Made by a program: the position numbers and the translations under genes. A stretch of DNA of 63,321 nt, counting the filler, from Choristocarpus tenellus KU-1152 (lineage: Eukaryota > Protista > Phaeophyceae), in NCBI GenBank assembly GCA_964200185.2. It is 11 parts of 11 records of this genome, joined end to end, with 100 filler letters (N's around TTAATTAATTAA, not from the genome) between each part and the next. Parts side by side here need not be neighbours in the genome. Positions count along the whole stretch, not along the records: positions 26,035 to 31,875 come from CAXNAD020009624.1; positions 31,976 to 39,875 come from CAXNAD020005425.1; 9 more parts are not named here. One strand, written 5' to 3'. Positions within the stretch are counted from its first letter, which is position 1. Each line of letters opens with the position of its first letter. The notes beneath the pieces were generated by a model. It saw only the letters and a program-made list of their open reading frames with translations. It made no database searches and was not told the origin of the DNA. Positions 26,035 through 39,975 of the stretch are shown in pieces.

Positions 26035-26400
26035 TTTCAAACACATTGAGAAGGTGCAATCTATTTTGTCCCCCCCCCCCCGCCATACGTATGTTTTCGT
26101 TCACTTCTCTACGTATCCGTTCTTCGGTGACTCAGCCAATCTCTCTTTGACGTGTGTTTTGACACGTGGCGAACTATGGAGAAGACTGAGTTACAGTGTT
26201 GTCTACTCAGCCACTGCTCGATGGCCGTTTGCACTTCCAGCTACAGTGCCATCATTAATCTAATCAGAAATGGTCATCAAACTGAAGGGACGCACACGTA
26301 TATTTCAAACTTACAAACAACAATAAGCTGACGTGCATTGTGTCATTGTATCATTATTCAGGTTGTGCGTGCATGTATTTTTTTTCTTTCTTTTTCTCAC

Positions 26401-26581
26401 TCTTAGTCGTGCCAGGGAACTGCCAAAGAACCGATCCGCAACGGCGGCGAAGGCAGGCTGCAGCTCAATGATGTTTTCTATCGCCTTCCCATCTCCGGAA
26501 ACCTCCTGAAAGATCTGTCCGACCGTGACTGCAGGGTTCAGCGACAGGGACAGGACGTCCAATGCCGTCGTGTACAAGAGC
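26401..26581 (-). CDS. candidate host-gene exon, product unknown
   Basis: open GC-richer frame LLYTTALDVL..SSLARLR bounded by TACAAG acceptor and GTGAG donor. Confidence 0.45.
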
Positions 26582-28289
26582 CTTGTACAGCAGAAAAGGC
26601 ACCAGACCCCCCCCCCCCCAAAAGGGTGTAAAATGTGTCGAGTAGGGGCTGCGGGTCAGAGCAATCGTGGACTTGAGAGAGGAGGGGGGGCCATGAGGCA
26701 GTGTGGGGTTCAGGGGGAGGATTGGTCTGCACTTGTGAACTACTGCTAGAGCAGGGTTAGGAAAATCGGGTACATTGGGATAACAACCGGGGTACCTAAT
26801 CCTGTAACTGTCAAGTGCTGGTGGAACGGTATGACTAAGCACCTACCTACTGTGAAAGAAACCAATCACAGCATCAAGCATTCTACATATACCATTATCG
26901 GTATATACATATGTGTATTGGTGGTATACCATTCTGGTCCACTGATCCCCTTGATACCTGGTTGGCAGGTATCTCTGACATGGCCTCGAAACCACCAGCG
27001 CTACAATTCTTCGGGCGTATGCTACTGGTACTTTGGTACTAACGTACGATAATAGTGGGGTCTATTTTGGACATGGATGGGATGGATTCTATATTATTTC
27101 ACTCGTTGACTTTGCTAACCCTAACCCTAACCCTACCCCTCACTGAATGCGCACCATGTATCATCTATCTCTTCTACTCTGCAGTGAGATGCGACATTGT
27201 AGGAAAAGATAAGGGGAGCCCCCCCCAAGCTGCCCTCTACCTTTACCTCCAGTGACCAGCTAATGGAGATGTGCCATCCTCAAAGCCCTTGCAGGGCATT
27301 GGATTAGGGTTCTCCAGCTCAAGCATCTCTACCAGCTCTTCCACGTCAACTCTGTCGGCACCGGTTGCCACAAAGCCACGATTGAGCACGGTGACTGTTG
27401 GGACCACATGGTTGTGGGGAGAGCGCACATGTGCATGATTGCAACTTGAAGCCACCTTAGGTGTGTGACAGGATGCCCTACTGGTGGAGGCAAAGTTCAT
27501 GGCGTCAACTATGAGTATGGAGCTAAAAAGATAAGGTCAGGGTGGTGCACTACATTGCCCTTTTTTGGTGGGTGGAGTACGTGGAGCTGCTGATTCACAA
27601 GCTGCCCATCCTTTCATAGAGCTCTGACCTCTCTCTATATGTTTGTTATGTCTTCTTAAACAAGATTAGTGTTTTGCCCAGTATGTTGATATTTATTCTA
27701 TTGAGTATCATATCGTGATTTGAATTTGATTAGAATGAGTTGAAGTTGTTTTAGCACCACAAAAGTTCAATTGAACAGAAAAAAATCCCCAAGAAAGACA
27801 CATTATGGTAATTTGTGACTGACGTGGGATGGGTACACAGGGTACCTACATCCTACGAAAGGAAAACCTATTTTTTCAGTCAAGAATTGGATGGGCTTGG
27901 CGATCTCATAAAAATTGATGTTGTCATCAATCGAGCGTAACATTGCTGCTGAGTAACTCCTTTTACCAGTAATAGTCAACACCCATATTTAGAAGGGGTC
28001 TTATTGGCACAGGCGATGATTCTACGATCATCCTCGATGAGGCAGAAAGAGGGGTAGGGTATCGATGCATGATCGTGCATCAAGGTTCAAGAGAGAGATG
28101 GTAAAAAAGGACCGTCTCGCAAGCGTGAACATGCGCAGTTGCAACGTAAACACGAAACAAAAGATGAGGTTGATGCATCGCCTTCAAAACAAGGGGATCC
28201 AATGATTTAATGTTGCCATTTTCAGCTGGGAAGAGGAGAGAAGAGAGGGTGGATGGTGAAATTTTGTTACATAAGTTAGACTAACGTAA

Positions 28290-29165
28290 TCATCGGCGAA
28301 TAATTTTGTCAGACATAGGATTAGGGGTGGACTCTAGTGCTCTTTGCTCCAGTATCGACGCCCACTGCTCACCCTTACGGAGGAGTTCGTCCTTGAGACG
28401 CACCCTTGTGTCCATCGTGGACACAGGTGACACAGTCGGATTCTGCTGTTCCACTTCTACAGCAGACATTAAAAATTCTTTCCAGGCACCACCTCCCGAC
28501 CTGCGGAGCGAGCGATTCACTCCAATAAGACCTCGACCACTAAGACATTTGGAGACTCTGCCTGTTGCAGTTGCCTTCAGCACCCTGTAAGGCGTACGAG
28601 TTGGACCATCCACGACAAACGCTGGAAGGTGTACAATATCACAAGAGAGGTAATGGTCGACGGTTGAAGCTCAAAGGTCGCGTAGAAGATTGAATGAAGG
28701 CGAGGTTGCAATGATTTAGAGGAACGAAGCAACGAGGCAAATCAGCTATGAATACCCCAGCTCCCGTAACAAGGCGTACCGTGTCCCACGACAGTCCAGC
28801 AGACGAAAATGAGGCACGAGAGAGCGGCAACCTTTACCCCCATAACCATGGCTAACAAAGAGGTATGTCTGTGTCAGTGGGGCTGTGAGTTCAAATAAAT
28901 ACGATCATGGCTACATCGACGCGTTCTCCCATTGGTTCAAACTCCAAATGTGCCTAAGTTCTTCCGATACATAAACAAAACAATTTGGTTGGTTGAAGTA
29001 AGTACTCAAGTCTTCGAGGTTACTGAATACCACCCCTTACCAAAAAGGACTTCCCATCCATCTCCCCCTGTCTGAGCGAGAGTATTGCTGTAACTGGAAC
29101 CTGTTTCTCAACTCTTGGACGTGGATCTCGATTTCTTGTCGTCCATTTATCACGCCAAGAACTGC
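28290..29165 (-). CDS. two candidate spliced exons (29165-29041 and 28584-28290), product unknown
   Basis: GT-AG junction joins in frame (..GSPFW|VLKATATG..) and runs to TGA at 28290. Confidence 0.3.
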
Positions 29166-30008
29166 CTTGTGTAGCACTGAGTGGAGATTGAAAATCAAAG
29201 GTGGGTGGGGTGCAATGGAGGACACTGCTGTGGGTTATTTGCTATTCTATATGTACTACTTGCTAGTCGAAGATGGAGAGAAACACCCTATGTGTGAACT
29301 TAGATTGAATGCATTTTTATCGGAGAGGGCGTGGGAAATCTTGGGATACCAGTTGGAGACCCAGACCTTGGTCTGTTCGAGGACAACATGTGTGTTCGAT
29401 ACTTGCGACGACACTGCATTCGTTGTGGTTGGGAGAGGCGCTACCCCCTGTGTTTCACAACCGAAAGGTACTGTACTTTCCTTGTGACTTGCTGTGAATG
29501 TGCGGCGTTGCCTCCTTCGTTCCCGCGTTCGTGTCAACTTGACCCACTTGTCACACCACCACACTTGTCCACGTTACCTTACCATGCAGAAGACCGCCCC
29601 TTCCCTTTCAACAAGTTAAATACTCTCTCTCTATGAGCTTGAAACAAGAAGTGGACGATACATGCCTCTTAATATACCTCACGCCTATCCTTTGCCCGCT
29701 CAACCTGTAACGTGCATTTCTGTGCTGGTCAAGAAATATGACGCCAGTATCAGTTCTGGTGGGGTTGTCCGTAACTCATACGGCAAACTTTTGGTGTGAC
29801 TCTGATTTTGCCGTGGTCTATGCTACCTGCATTGGGAATAGAATTCTACTCTAGCAGAACGCTTTTAATGGTTGTCCAACCCCCCTCCCCCTTTTTCTCC
29901 CTTACCCTCACGCCACCCACACCAGTCATCCCCATCACATCCACGACCGATGCTAAAACCCTCTAAGGTCCACCTCTTTTTGACCTGCTTCCCCTTGGTT
30001 CTACTTAG

Positions 30009-30166
30009 GGTACCGCTGTTCAGGCGCTAGTGACACCAACGATGTCGCCAACTGCTGAGGCAGCGACCAGCCCAGAAGCTGGTGAGAAAGCGGCGATGGG
30101 AATAATCGGCGCTGATGCCAACGTAAATGGAGTGGCACAAGGAGATCAGCATCCTCTTCAGCACAA
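30009..30166 (+). CDS. candidate exon, Ala/Gly-rich, product unknown
   Basis: polypyrimidine tract plus TAG acceptor, GTGCGT donor, open frame. Confidence 0.3.
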
Positions 30167-30929
30167 GTGCGTCCCCTCCACCTACCTACCCTCCATCTTC
30201 CCCTTACCTTCATTCAGAACTGGAACTGCCCGCCTCCTGTAACTACTAGTAGTGAACTCATGTTTTCACGGTGCATGTTGTTGAGTTGGTGTTGCTGATT
30301 CAAGTTGGCAGCTGTATGTCCCATTGCAGTACACTTCTTAAAAGTGCATTTGGATATTGCTTGCGTATCCCCTTGCCTCTTCAATTGGTGGTACTCAGCA
30401 CAAGGATGTTCCTTGAAGTGGTAAAAATAGTATGGAGACCACTGCCTGGTACCACTCAACCTAAGGTGTGTATGTACTGATGCTTACGCTTTGGACTGGT
30501 GAAAAAAAAAACCCCGGCAATCACATTTCGATTCAGAGGAGAGAACCGTAGTGCTTACAATATAGTCATTTTTATCCCAGCAAACTGATGCTGTGATTAT
30601 TTCTTGTCTTTTCACCCACCTCCAGTCCGCTTGCTTTGTGTGTATATTCACTGTGAATCTACTTTCCCGTGTATTGTCTGCACGATGCAAGAGTCTTGGA
30701 ACCAGACGTTATATTAACGCAAAAGATTCCCCCCCCCACCCAAAAAATAAAGGAAAAAAAAAGGCCTGTTTTATACCGGTTGCTGACCACTTCAGAGATT
30801 GTTCAGTATCCACCGGAAAGGCTCTTGGAAACGGAAACAAGAGTTCGAATGTAGATAGATGCATTTTTTGTATCCTATCTCTGCCGTTGCCGTTCCTTTT
30901 TTATTTTACTTTTTACGTTCAGTTTTTAT

Positions 30930-31060
30930 TTTATTTTATTTTTAGTGACACCCATTGTTTTTGGGGGGAATCAAACAAGGCTCAACGGTGAGGCCTCCCT
31001 GGGTTTTATTTTTATTTTTAGTGACACCCATCGTTTTTGGGGAATCAAACAAGACTCGAA
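30930..31060 (+). repeat. local direct duplication of about 55 bp
   Basis: TTTTAGTGACACCCAT..GGGGAATCAAACAAG twice. Confidence 0.85.
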
Positions 31061-31875
31061 CTTTGTATCACTGCTGGCTATTGCATGCTCTCCGATGGTA
31101 GGCAGTTGTGATAAACCTATGGAGTTATGCAGATGGGTCATGATGACCGCTTTGCACTAGGGCTATTTTTAGTGATGTTGAACTTTTTGATGGGCGTGTT
31201 TGTTTGCTCATTGGACCGCCTCCAACGTGTACCTGACTGGAAGTCGATGTTTTCAAAGCAGTAGAATAGTGTGCAGGAGGGGGAAAGGGAGGTGGAGATG
31301 ATTTTTTCTTAAGAGTGATTTATCGAATCGTCCTCTCTCTGATCTGCATAGTTGAGTCGTTACGGGGGAAGTGGAGAGGCGTAGTGCAATGTTTTGAGAC
31401 TCCGCCAAAGTGTGTTTCACCTTTTGTTGTTGCTAGAGTGGTCAGGCGTGCGTAGGTGTGTAACTGGAAGGCGTTTGTGGCGAGTAGTAGTGCTTGTGGT
31501 GATCAAAACTCTATCATCAATCGGTTAGAATGCACAATCTCAGCGCTATTATCAAGCTTGAAATTGGAATGAAAAATAAAAATGAGTGAGTACTGCCTTA
31601 CACAGAGACGCTTAGCTGATGGGGGTGATCACGGAAGTTACCTCTGAATCACGGGGATAGCTGTCTATCGTTCAGGCCTTCTGTGGACGATTTTTGAAGC
31701 AAGCGTTGAACCACGTTGTCGTCGGCTCTGCGGTCCATGTTTTTTTGCTCTGTAGCTTTCCGATGCCCACAAGAAATCTTATCGCTTGGCTCCAGAGCAG
31801 GACCGTCCGACGAGAAAACCTATAGCTTTTTTTTTTTCTTCAGTTGTGGACCCCCCCCTCCCCCCCCCCCCCCCC

Positions 31876-31975
31876 NNNNNNNNNNNNNNNNNNNNNNNNN
31901 NNNNNNNNNNNNNNNNNNNTTAATTAATTAANNNNNNNNNNNNNNNNNNNNNNNNNNNNNNNNNNNNNNNNNNNN
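31876..31975. other. artificial contig linker
   Basis: same 100-bp cassette. Confidence 0.99.
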
Positions 31976-32285
31976 ATGTATACAATAAACAGGACACAAC
32001 AGACAACAGTGAGAGTTTCTCGTTCGCCGGCACGCTTTGCATGCTGACTTGCCTTTAATGTATTACGTATATCCTCCACCACCGCATAGTCGGGTGCTTT
32101 AAGCTCCTCCCCCTTTCATTCCCCCCCTGCCACGCACATGCAGTTGCTTTCCTAAGTACAACAAGCAGCTGAGCATGTCAGGGAGATAGATGATGAAATA
32201 TCACACAAAATAAAAGAAAATCACATCGATGTACAGCATCGAGCGCACGTACGTATATATGGATGGGAGCAATTGTCATGGTGTT

Positions 32286-32667
32286 TTCAGGCAACAGGCG
32301 GTCTTGGGCAGTGAGAAGGTCTAGGAGTGATTTGAATTCGAAGTCGGGCGTACGATGTTTGAGTTTGAAGAGACCCGTCAGACCAAAATGAAATCCGTGT
32401 TCTGGAAAACGCGTTTATTCTCACTATGATGAAATAAAAACTAGATTCTATTCTGGTTTCAGGCAACAGGTGGTCTTGGGCACGATTGAATTGAATTCGA
32501 AGCCGGGCGTACGATGTTTGAGTTTCAAGTGATCCGTCGGACCAGCCTGAAATCCATGGACTGGAAAATACGTGTATTCTGGTTATTATGAATTAAAAAT
32601 TAGAATATATTCGTAATTTCAATAAATAAAAATATAAACCACATACTTAATTGATCTAATACGTTTG
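32286..32667 (+). repeat. two tandem units of about 160-170 bp plus AT-rich tail, from a dispersed repeat
   Basis: TTTCAGGCAACAGG.GGTCTTGGGCA..TTGAATTCGAAG.CGGGCGTACGATGTTTGAG at 32286 and 32457; third copy at 60420. Confidence 0.9.
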
Positions 32668-33024
32668 AAATGTTCCAAAACGAAAAGGTCACAAAAAAAC
32701 TGATACTATTTGTTTTAAATATGAAATCGTATACTGTTCGATATTCATATATTTTGGAATACAATTATCAACGGAAAGAGAACTTTAAGTTTCTTGGGGA
32801 CCGACGGACCAGATGAAATAAAGCAGCACCTCCCAGCCCTCACTCTTCATTTCCATTCCTTCCCTTCCGCACATACCACCAGCAGCTCTTTCTTATCTGT
32901 CCCCGTCACACCTTCCCAATCTTCGCCATGTCCAATATTCACTCAACAACGACCCCCGCGCGCGCCATTGACGCTGCCCACGGATCGAGAGTGTCGGACA
33001 GCATCGGACAGCAATGCCAAGGGC

Positions 33025-33363
33025 ATGTCCTCGCTCCTTGAACAACACTACCTCGGCATGTACAAGATGAAACTCGGCAACATCACGTGCACGGAGATGG
33101 TGCGGCCCCTGAGCGAGCGTGGCCTTGCGCACGTCAGCAAGTCTATCCATGAAAAGGGCTGGCTCGAGCAGTTTGCTCCGTCCATCGTCATCCAACGAGA
33201 CTGCTTAGGCAACGGGGACCAGCTCACCGCCGACACCGCGCTTGCCGTTCAAGGGCGCACATTGGACGGAAACCATAGAATAGTATTGTTGATGAAAGAG
33301 TTTGACCATGAACGCGCTTCCAATTCAAGCAAGCAAGCCAACGCAGGGCATACATCTACATGA
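33025..33363 (+). CDS. ParB/Sulfiredoxin-like N-terminal domain protein, probably 3'-truncated or first exon
   Basis: VRPLSERGLAHVSKSIHEKGWLEQFAPSIV..TLDGNHRI fits the ParB/Srx pattern; strong GC3 bias; ATG at 33025 inside ORF 32794..33363. Confidence 0.65.
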   Translation: MSSLLEQHYLGMYKMKLGNITCTEMVRPLSERGLAHVSKSIHEKGWLEQFAPSIVIQRDCLGNGDQLTADTALAVQGRTLDGNHRIVLLMKEFDHERASNSSKQANAGHTST

Positions 33364-33737
33364 CGATCAAACGAAATCGTTGCCGCCCCCCACACACTGT
33401 CCTACTACCACCTTCGGGATGGATTCCCATTCATAGCGGGACCTTCCAAAAGTGCCGCAACATAAAAAAAAACATATGTGCACTTTCCGCACACCAATCC
33501 TCGTCTCACTCATCCTCAATAAAAAGCTCCATCCTCAATCTTGATGATCGGCTGTTTAGGGACGAGAAGAACAGTGACCAGCAACTAACTGGCTGTCTAT
33601 CCTCACAGCCATGACATCCACAACTTCTTCCCCTACAGCGTAAGGATGGCCTATGAGTACTGTCTAGGTTGTCCAGGTGCGACTGGGTCGATTGACCATC
33701 ACAAGTGGTCACCTGGCAACCAGGGTACTGGCACAAA

Positions 33738-33923
33738 AGCTCAAAGTATGTGTGGGGGGGGTGGCAGCGACTATCCATTTGGTGCCCATTTTCCTATGTT
33801 GCGATTTTTGGGTGATTTGGTTGAATGTGTCAGAATGATAATATAAGTGCACTTCTCTTGGTTAGGGTCCGAATGGACACCCTGGTGTAGAGCTCCCCCC
33901 CCTCCGCCCAGATACTTTGAGCC
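33738..33923 (+). mobile_element. MITE-B full length; TSD CAAA/CGAA
   Basis: both TIRs and internal motifs. Confidence 0.9.
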
Positions 33924-34583
33924 CGAACTATTTTGTGATATACTCTGCTGTACATCAACATGATGATAGGATGTAGCCAGGGTCACAGCACTGGCGTAAA
34001 GTGGTGAGGGTAGGTTTGTGACCAGATAGGTTGCTGACTTCTTGGCGTTTGGCACTGTCATGGGCCTGAGCAAACGTGGTAGTGGGTTCTTCTCTCGGAT
34101 TTGTTCAAGATGAATTGTAGGGAGTAAGCCATCTTCAAGGAGGGTGATTTTGAGCTACCAATTGAGGATTGTTGTTTTAACACAATCAATCTGAAGGGGT
34201 TTTGTACGACAAACATCCTCTAGAAAACGATTCATCATCATTGTGCAACTGAGTGCATTCATCGACACACTCCTTCTCTTCCTATTTCAAGGATGTGAGT
34301 CTACGGACTGAAACAATCACAGGATGGGTGGGGTGAACGTGTTAACCAAAGCCTTCTGTACATCTTCCCACTACAATGGAGGAGTTACAGGAACAGGGGT
34401 GTCAGGGGATGACCGTAATCTGACCAAATTGCCAGGTAGACATCATTCTATGGTACAGTCCAACGCCTGAAAGTAGAATGTTTCAATGTGCCCTAAAAGA
34501 ATTTCCAGCAAAAAATCCATGCAATGAGCATCAATAGTTTCAGGGGATGTACGGTTGTATTGACTGGAGTGTAGAGTGATTGC

Positions 34584-34842
34584 GATTCAAAGTATCTTAG
34601 AGGGTAGAGCCGCGTCCATTTTGGGGCCAAAATCCAATGCGGTGATTTTGATGAAATTTTGTCTATTGTTTTTGTTAGGAAGTCCCAATATCCTTGTTCC
34701 GAACATACATTATCATAATGTATACCCTTTACCTACTCCCAAATATTTCAGAGTAGGAAAATGTTGTAAAAAAAAACGTGGGAAGCCAAGCCCCAAATGA
34801 ACAAAAAAGGAAAAATTCATACCCCCTAAGATACTTTTACTC
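34584..34842 (-). mobile_element. MITE-A full length; TSD TGC
   Basis: both TIRs and internal hairpin. Confidence 0.93.
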
Positions 34843-35650
34843 TGCGACATGCCATTCATAGAATAAAACCGGTAAATATTTTTCTCCAGAACCTGTCACC
34901 GCAAGACCAGTCGGGATTTCTCAAGTGGAATATCTAAAACGATTCCCTTCAGATATTGGACATGAGTGCAAGGCATTGCTACTGTATCCGACAAGTCTTA
35001 CATGATCAGCCCTGCACCAACATGACTGGAGTCTCAAGAGATCCTGAAGCCATTCAGCCAGCACAGCACCAGTTCTCATGCGCTCCTTGCTTGACATGGA
35101 GCGCAATGAAGGTGGGGATGGCATCACCAAACTGTGCCTGAGAAGCAGTCACCTCATAAGTGGTTGAACGTGGTGAGGAAGCAGGACTGCCCTGAAAAGG
35201 ACACAATGAGAGTCATGGTCGCCCAAGCCGACATGATGCTTGAAGGTTGACACTTTTTCTGCATGACCACATCGGTCTGTTGGGGAAGATTGGGGGGAAC
35301 CTTGCTATTTTATTCATTGTTGGATGACGATGAGGAAGATTGACTGTGAAAACCTGATTCTGCGTAATGATTCGTCGATGACTCCATGTCCTGGACTGTC
35401 TTGCTCTTGTTGCTCTTTGATACGTTCCAATTGCTTCTTGGAAAGTTCAGCAAGATCTTCTTGACGATGTAGTCTTCTTCTGGTTTTGTTTGGCATATTT
35501 GCTCAATGGTCAAACAAAAATTTTACCTGTCACCCTATATCTGAATTCACCCCTGTCGCCAAGTGTGAATCATATGATTCTGCAGTGTCATGGTTCACTC
35601 AGGCAAGGGTGGTTAAGAGAATCACTGGGCAAGAGAGACCAAACTTGCAA

Positions 35651-35831
35651 GGCTTAGAGTATCTGCAATGGGGGGAGTGGGGTCTGCACCAGGGTATCCA
35701 TTCGGGCCCTGACCAGGAGAAGTGAATTTACATTATCCATCCGATGCATGCAACCAAATCACCCCAAAATCGCGACATAGAAAAATGGGTGCCGAATGGA
35801 CACCTGCCACCCCCCCCAGATACTCTGAGCC
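35651..35831 (-). mobile_element. MITE-B full length; TSD GCAA/ACAA
   Basis: GGCTTAGAGTATCTG..CAGATACTCTGAGCC. Confidence 0.85.
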
Positions 35832-38800
35832 ACAAACCATAACCGAAAGGACATATTTAAGGTTGGACAAGAGCAAATACTGCAGAGAATTCTAGAGTGA
35901 TGAGAATCTCGTGAGTGTGGGATCATCAGAAAGTCAAGATTAAACAACAAAGACGATCTTTGATGTTTGAGATCTTTGATTAAAGAGATGCGCATTACTC
36001 GTGGGATTGGTTTCTTGCACAAAATTCCCCACCTCAATCACACGAAAGATCCTTCACTGAAATCGGGGATTCCTGACGAGGAACCTCAATCAGTATGATG
36101 GTTGGTATATGGCAAAAACGGTATGAGAACAACCCTGCTTTCTACATTATACACTCTTCTTACACATCATACATGTTTGGCAGATTGGTATGATAGTATC
36201 TACCATACACATAAAACACGGAAGTTACAATGAAGAACAATTTCACCATAGGGTGTTTTCTGTTACATTTCTCATAATCCCTATCCTGGTCTGGCGACCC
36301 TGATTTGTTTGTGCCAACAAATATGTTTGGGAATAACCTCTTGATACCCCTTTCTTTAACTTCTCCTCCTTGCGTCCTCTGGTTCATTGTTTTATTCCCT
36401 CCTGTTGTATGACTCTCTTCTCCATCCACAAAACGCTTACACAGCAGCAAAAGCCCTCTTCCAGAAAAAGGTATAGCACCATGTAAGGTACATGACACAC
36501 AACCCCTACAGCACAACTACTATACAGAGTGCTACCTTATAATCGTAGTAGAATGGAAAATAAAACTGTATACATAATCCAATCGTACTACACCCATACA
36601 ACGCAAGGGCATCATTGGAACTGTACACACAGCAATAGCACCACATTATGGACAATAGAGTAAACAATAATGTCACACGTGTGCACACACACACGCACAC
36701 ACGATTTTGCACCAGGACCCTGCAGTTTCCTTTTCTACCCTAGCGAAAGGGAAGGCGATGTATATTGGTTCTGAGTGGCACACCAAGTTCAAATGGCGTT
36801 CTATTACCTCATCCAAACCCTTCTCCCTCCTATTCCAACCCTACTACTGTCGTTCAAACTTGACGTCTACTCTTTGAAGTCCGAAAAAGTTCAACCAAAA
36901 TATCAAATAACAACGTAACTACTCCTGCATATACAAAGAAGCAAATACTCCCCAGCAAATATAAACTAGAACAAAAAAGGTGTAATGACTTAAGTACATA
37001 ACACAGGGTAGAATATTTTGGGCTAAAAAGAACCCTCCCCCCCCCAACCCACTCATTCCCATGACGCTCAAGCAACTAAAACTCTTTACTCAAGTTCTTA
37101 AGGGCAGGAGGTCTATTCTGGTCCCTCAATCCCCTGCTTGTCTATCTCCAACACTGTCGCCTCTCCCTCTGTATGGATCACCTTGGGCTTCATGATATTG
37201 GTAGCCCCTTCCCACACAATCGGGGGAGGATTGGGGTGTTCTGCCCAGGGTCGTGGCACCCCTGTTGTGGGATGTACCCCGAGGAACTCCAGCAAGGACA
37301 CTGAAGATCTAACCTTGGGCATCTCCAGTAAATGTCTACAAGGAGGGGGGGGTAGGGATGGCTAAGGGGTTCAGATTAGGATTGGGGCCAATGAATTTAA
37401 GGGCAAGGCATGACAGCAATAGAGAGAGAAGGGTGTAAAATACTCATCCTTCTTATCCAAAACATGGGGGTACCAAGTTTGGAGGACGACAACATCCTAT
37501 TGACTGACATGACATCAAAGCTATTATATTGGATTTTTTAAAAAACTATTTTGTGCCGTATACCTCCCTATCCGTCACTCCTGGCATTACCGTCACAATA
37601 TCAAAACACCATAGACACCAATCATGACAAAATATATGTTGAGAACCAGTGCATTCCCTGAGGTTTGCACCCAATACATGCAATCTAAAAAAAAGTCAAG
37701 TCATTCTACTTCTCAAACCAAACATTTTAATGTGTCAGTAACTACAGTTCCATTTTTTAAAAGTTTTTAGAGGCATTACAACATCCCTCAAAAAACAAAT
37801 GACCACCTTTTTAAAAAAAAAGGTTTCCCACCACAAAGCACACTTACCAAAGGGAAAATTATCTGTTCAATCACAAGAGCAGTACTAGAACCATATACTT
37901 ACAGTTGTATGTAAAACATCATCTAGAACACGCAGTCCAAGTGGTCTTGTTGAACATTATCTGATATTAAAATCCTCCATCATCCGTACATGACTTGAAC
38001 TATGACAGAACGTCATCACCATTGTGTAAGGATAATAGACGCTGCCATGGATACTTCTAAAGACATGTCATCTACATGGATAGCAGTACCTACATAACTC
38101 AATGCGAAATGTTCTTAATGTGCACTATTATCACACAATTTGTCAGTTTGGTAGAGACCACAATTACTATCTATCCAAGGTTCTCAGAGAAATCTTCAAA
38201 ATTTTTGCACATACTATTGTTACGCCCACCGAAATTTTGCAGACCTTCATTCAAAGCAAAGAATACAACCAACACAACAAACAACAACAGAGTCTGTACT
38301 GTGAAAAACCAACAAGAGTTTAACTCGTTTGTAACATACAAATTGGAACCTACCCAGATACCTTAAGCACACTTTTCAGGGGGACAAAATGAATCACATG
38401 TGCTCTTGCCGCACAAAAAGTATATTTATGTATGTACCACTCTGCTTCACTACATATAGATCAAATCAAACGGCACAAGGGGTGGTCAGTTCCAAAAGTT
38501 TGCTTTGCTTCACAATAGCAACCTTAGTTCGACTCAATTACTCGTGTTTGTCAGGTGTTTGATTAATCTTCTCCCTCACCTCAGGTATTTCTGAATGTTG
38601 GTCCGTCTCTCTTCCACAAAGACTGAGCCCATCTGATCTACCAGGGGGTTCAGGCACTTCCCTACAACGCCAAGAAAGAAAAAAAACAGTAGCACATGAA
38701 GAAAAAAGGCATCAGTAATACTGCTTTTAGGCATTACCTTTTGGTATTTATAGTACAGAGGAGTGCCCCATCTTTAACTTGTCGCAGTCTAACCCAACAG

Positions 38801-39495
38801 CTCTCATGCAAAAGATTTGAAGCGGTGGTCACCTTCTCTGTCTACACAGTGAAAACTTGCGAAACTCACAACTATGGATAGCATCCTTTTTTTAATCCAT
38901 GTCCTAGATGTAACTAAATACATACAGAAAGCTGTGGGAACTAATATATATATATATAGAGAGAGAGAGAGAAATTTGAACACTTACACTGCTAATTCTG
39001 CCTGTGTGCTTTTTCTTGAACTTTTAAGGGTCCACTTATTAAAAAAGTGAGAAACATATCGCTCTATTGCGGCACTTAAAAGCATATATTATGTATTGAA
39101 AGAACCGCAACATGTAGAGTTCACAAATGCACATTCTATGCCCTTTCCTATATATTTATCATCTGTTTTCGCTGCACGTGATAAACTCAAAAATGATTGG
39201 CAACTTACACATATACCAAGCTCATTCGATCACAAAAAATTTTAATGTTTCTTCCCTTCTTTTTTTTAATGTTCGGAACAGGTCCTGTGGCAAATAAAAT
39301 ACTCCAAAACAATCAAAACTTGTAAGTATTAAGATGAAAAATGTGGTATGTGTACCATCAAAAAGGCTGAACGTTGAGAAACCTACGATAATAATAATAA
39401 TAATCCCATTTTTGTTTTTTAGTACAACTATGACATAATGTATGAAGAAAAACTAACAAAATGCACAGGTGTAGGACTGACACAACCATGAAAGT

Positions 39496-39613
39496 GAGTG
39501 AAAGTATCTTAGAGGGTGCGAGTTTTGCCCTGTTTGTCTGTTTGGGGCTTGACTTCCCACGGGGTTTTTATGACATTTTACCTACTCCAAAACATTTTAA
39601 CATACTTTGACTC
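39496..39613 (+). mobile_element. MITE-A, 118-bp internally deleted copy; TSD AGT
   Basis: left arm up to the hairpin loop joined directly to ATACTTTGACTC. Confidence 0.9.
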
Positions 39614-39875
39614 AGTGCAGTCTGATACAGACCCAACACTTTGCTGGGGGTGGTGAGGTGGATGATGAACAAATGATCACCTGAAGACAATTTTCATTAT
39701 TACAAAAACCAAAAAAAAAGCATGGCAGGACAGAACTACATAAAAAAAAATCAACATTGCTGTATCAAATATATTAGACACTCCCCACCCCTTGCACCTG
39801 CATGAGCTGCCACAGTATGTACAATCCCCCCCCCCCCTGGCCCGCAGGTTGTTGAGACAAATTTGGCCCCTCCTT

Positions 39876-39975
39876 NNNNNNNNNNNNNNNNNNNNNNNNN
39901 NNNNNNNNNNNNNNNNNNNTTAATTAATTAANNNNNNNNNNNNNNNNNNNNNNNNNNNNNNNNNNNNNNNNNNNN
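39876..39975. other. artificial contig linker
   Basis: same 100-bp cassette. Confidence 0.99.

Larger units (their letters stand above)
33500..35520 (-). mobile_element. decayed Gypsy gag relic related to the 54563-54922 gag
   Basis: CQYPGCQVTTCDGQSTQSHLDN versus CEYPGCQAATREGHTTQSCLDN; extent approximate. Confidence 0.5.

Noticed and set aside
27115-27136. (CTAACC)3 telomere-like repeats (also near 3670)
   Set aside because: Too short and interstitial to be a chromosome end.
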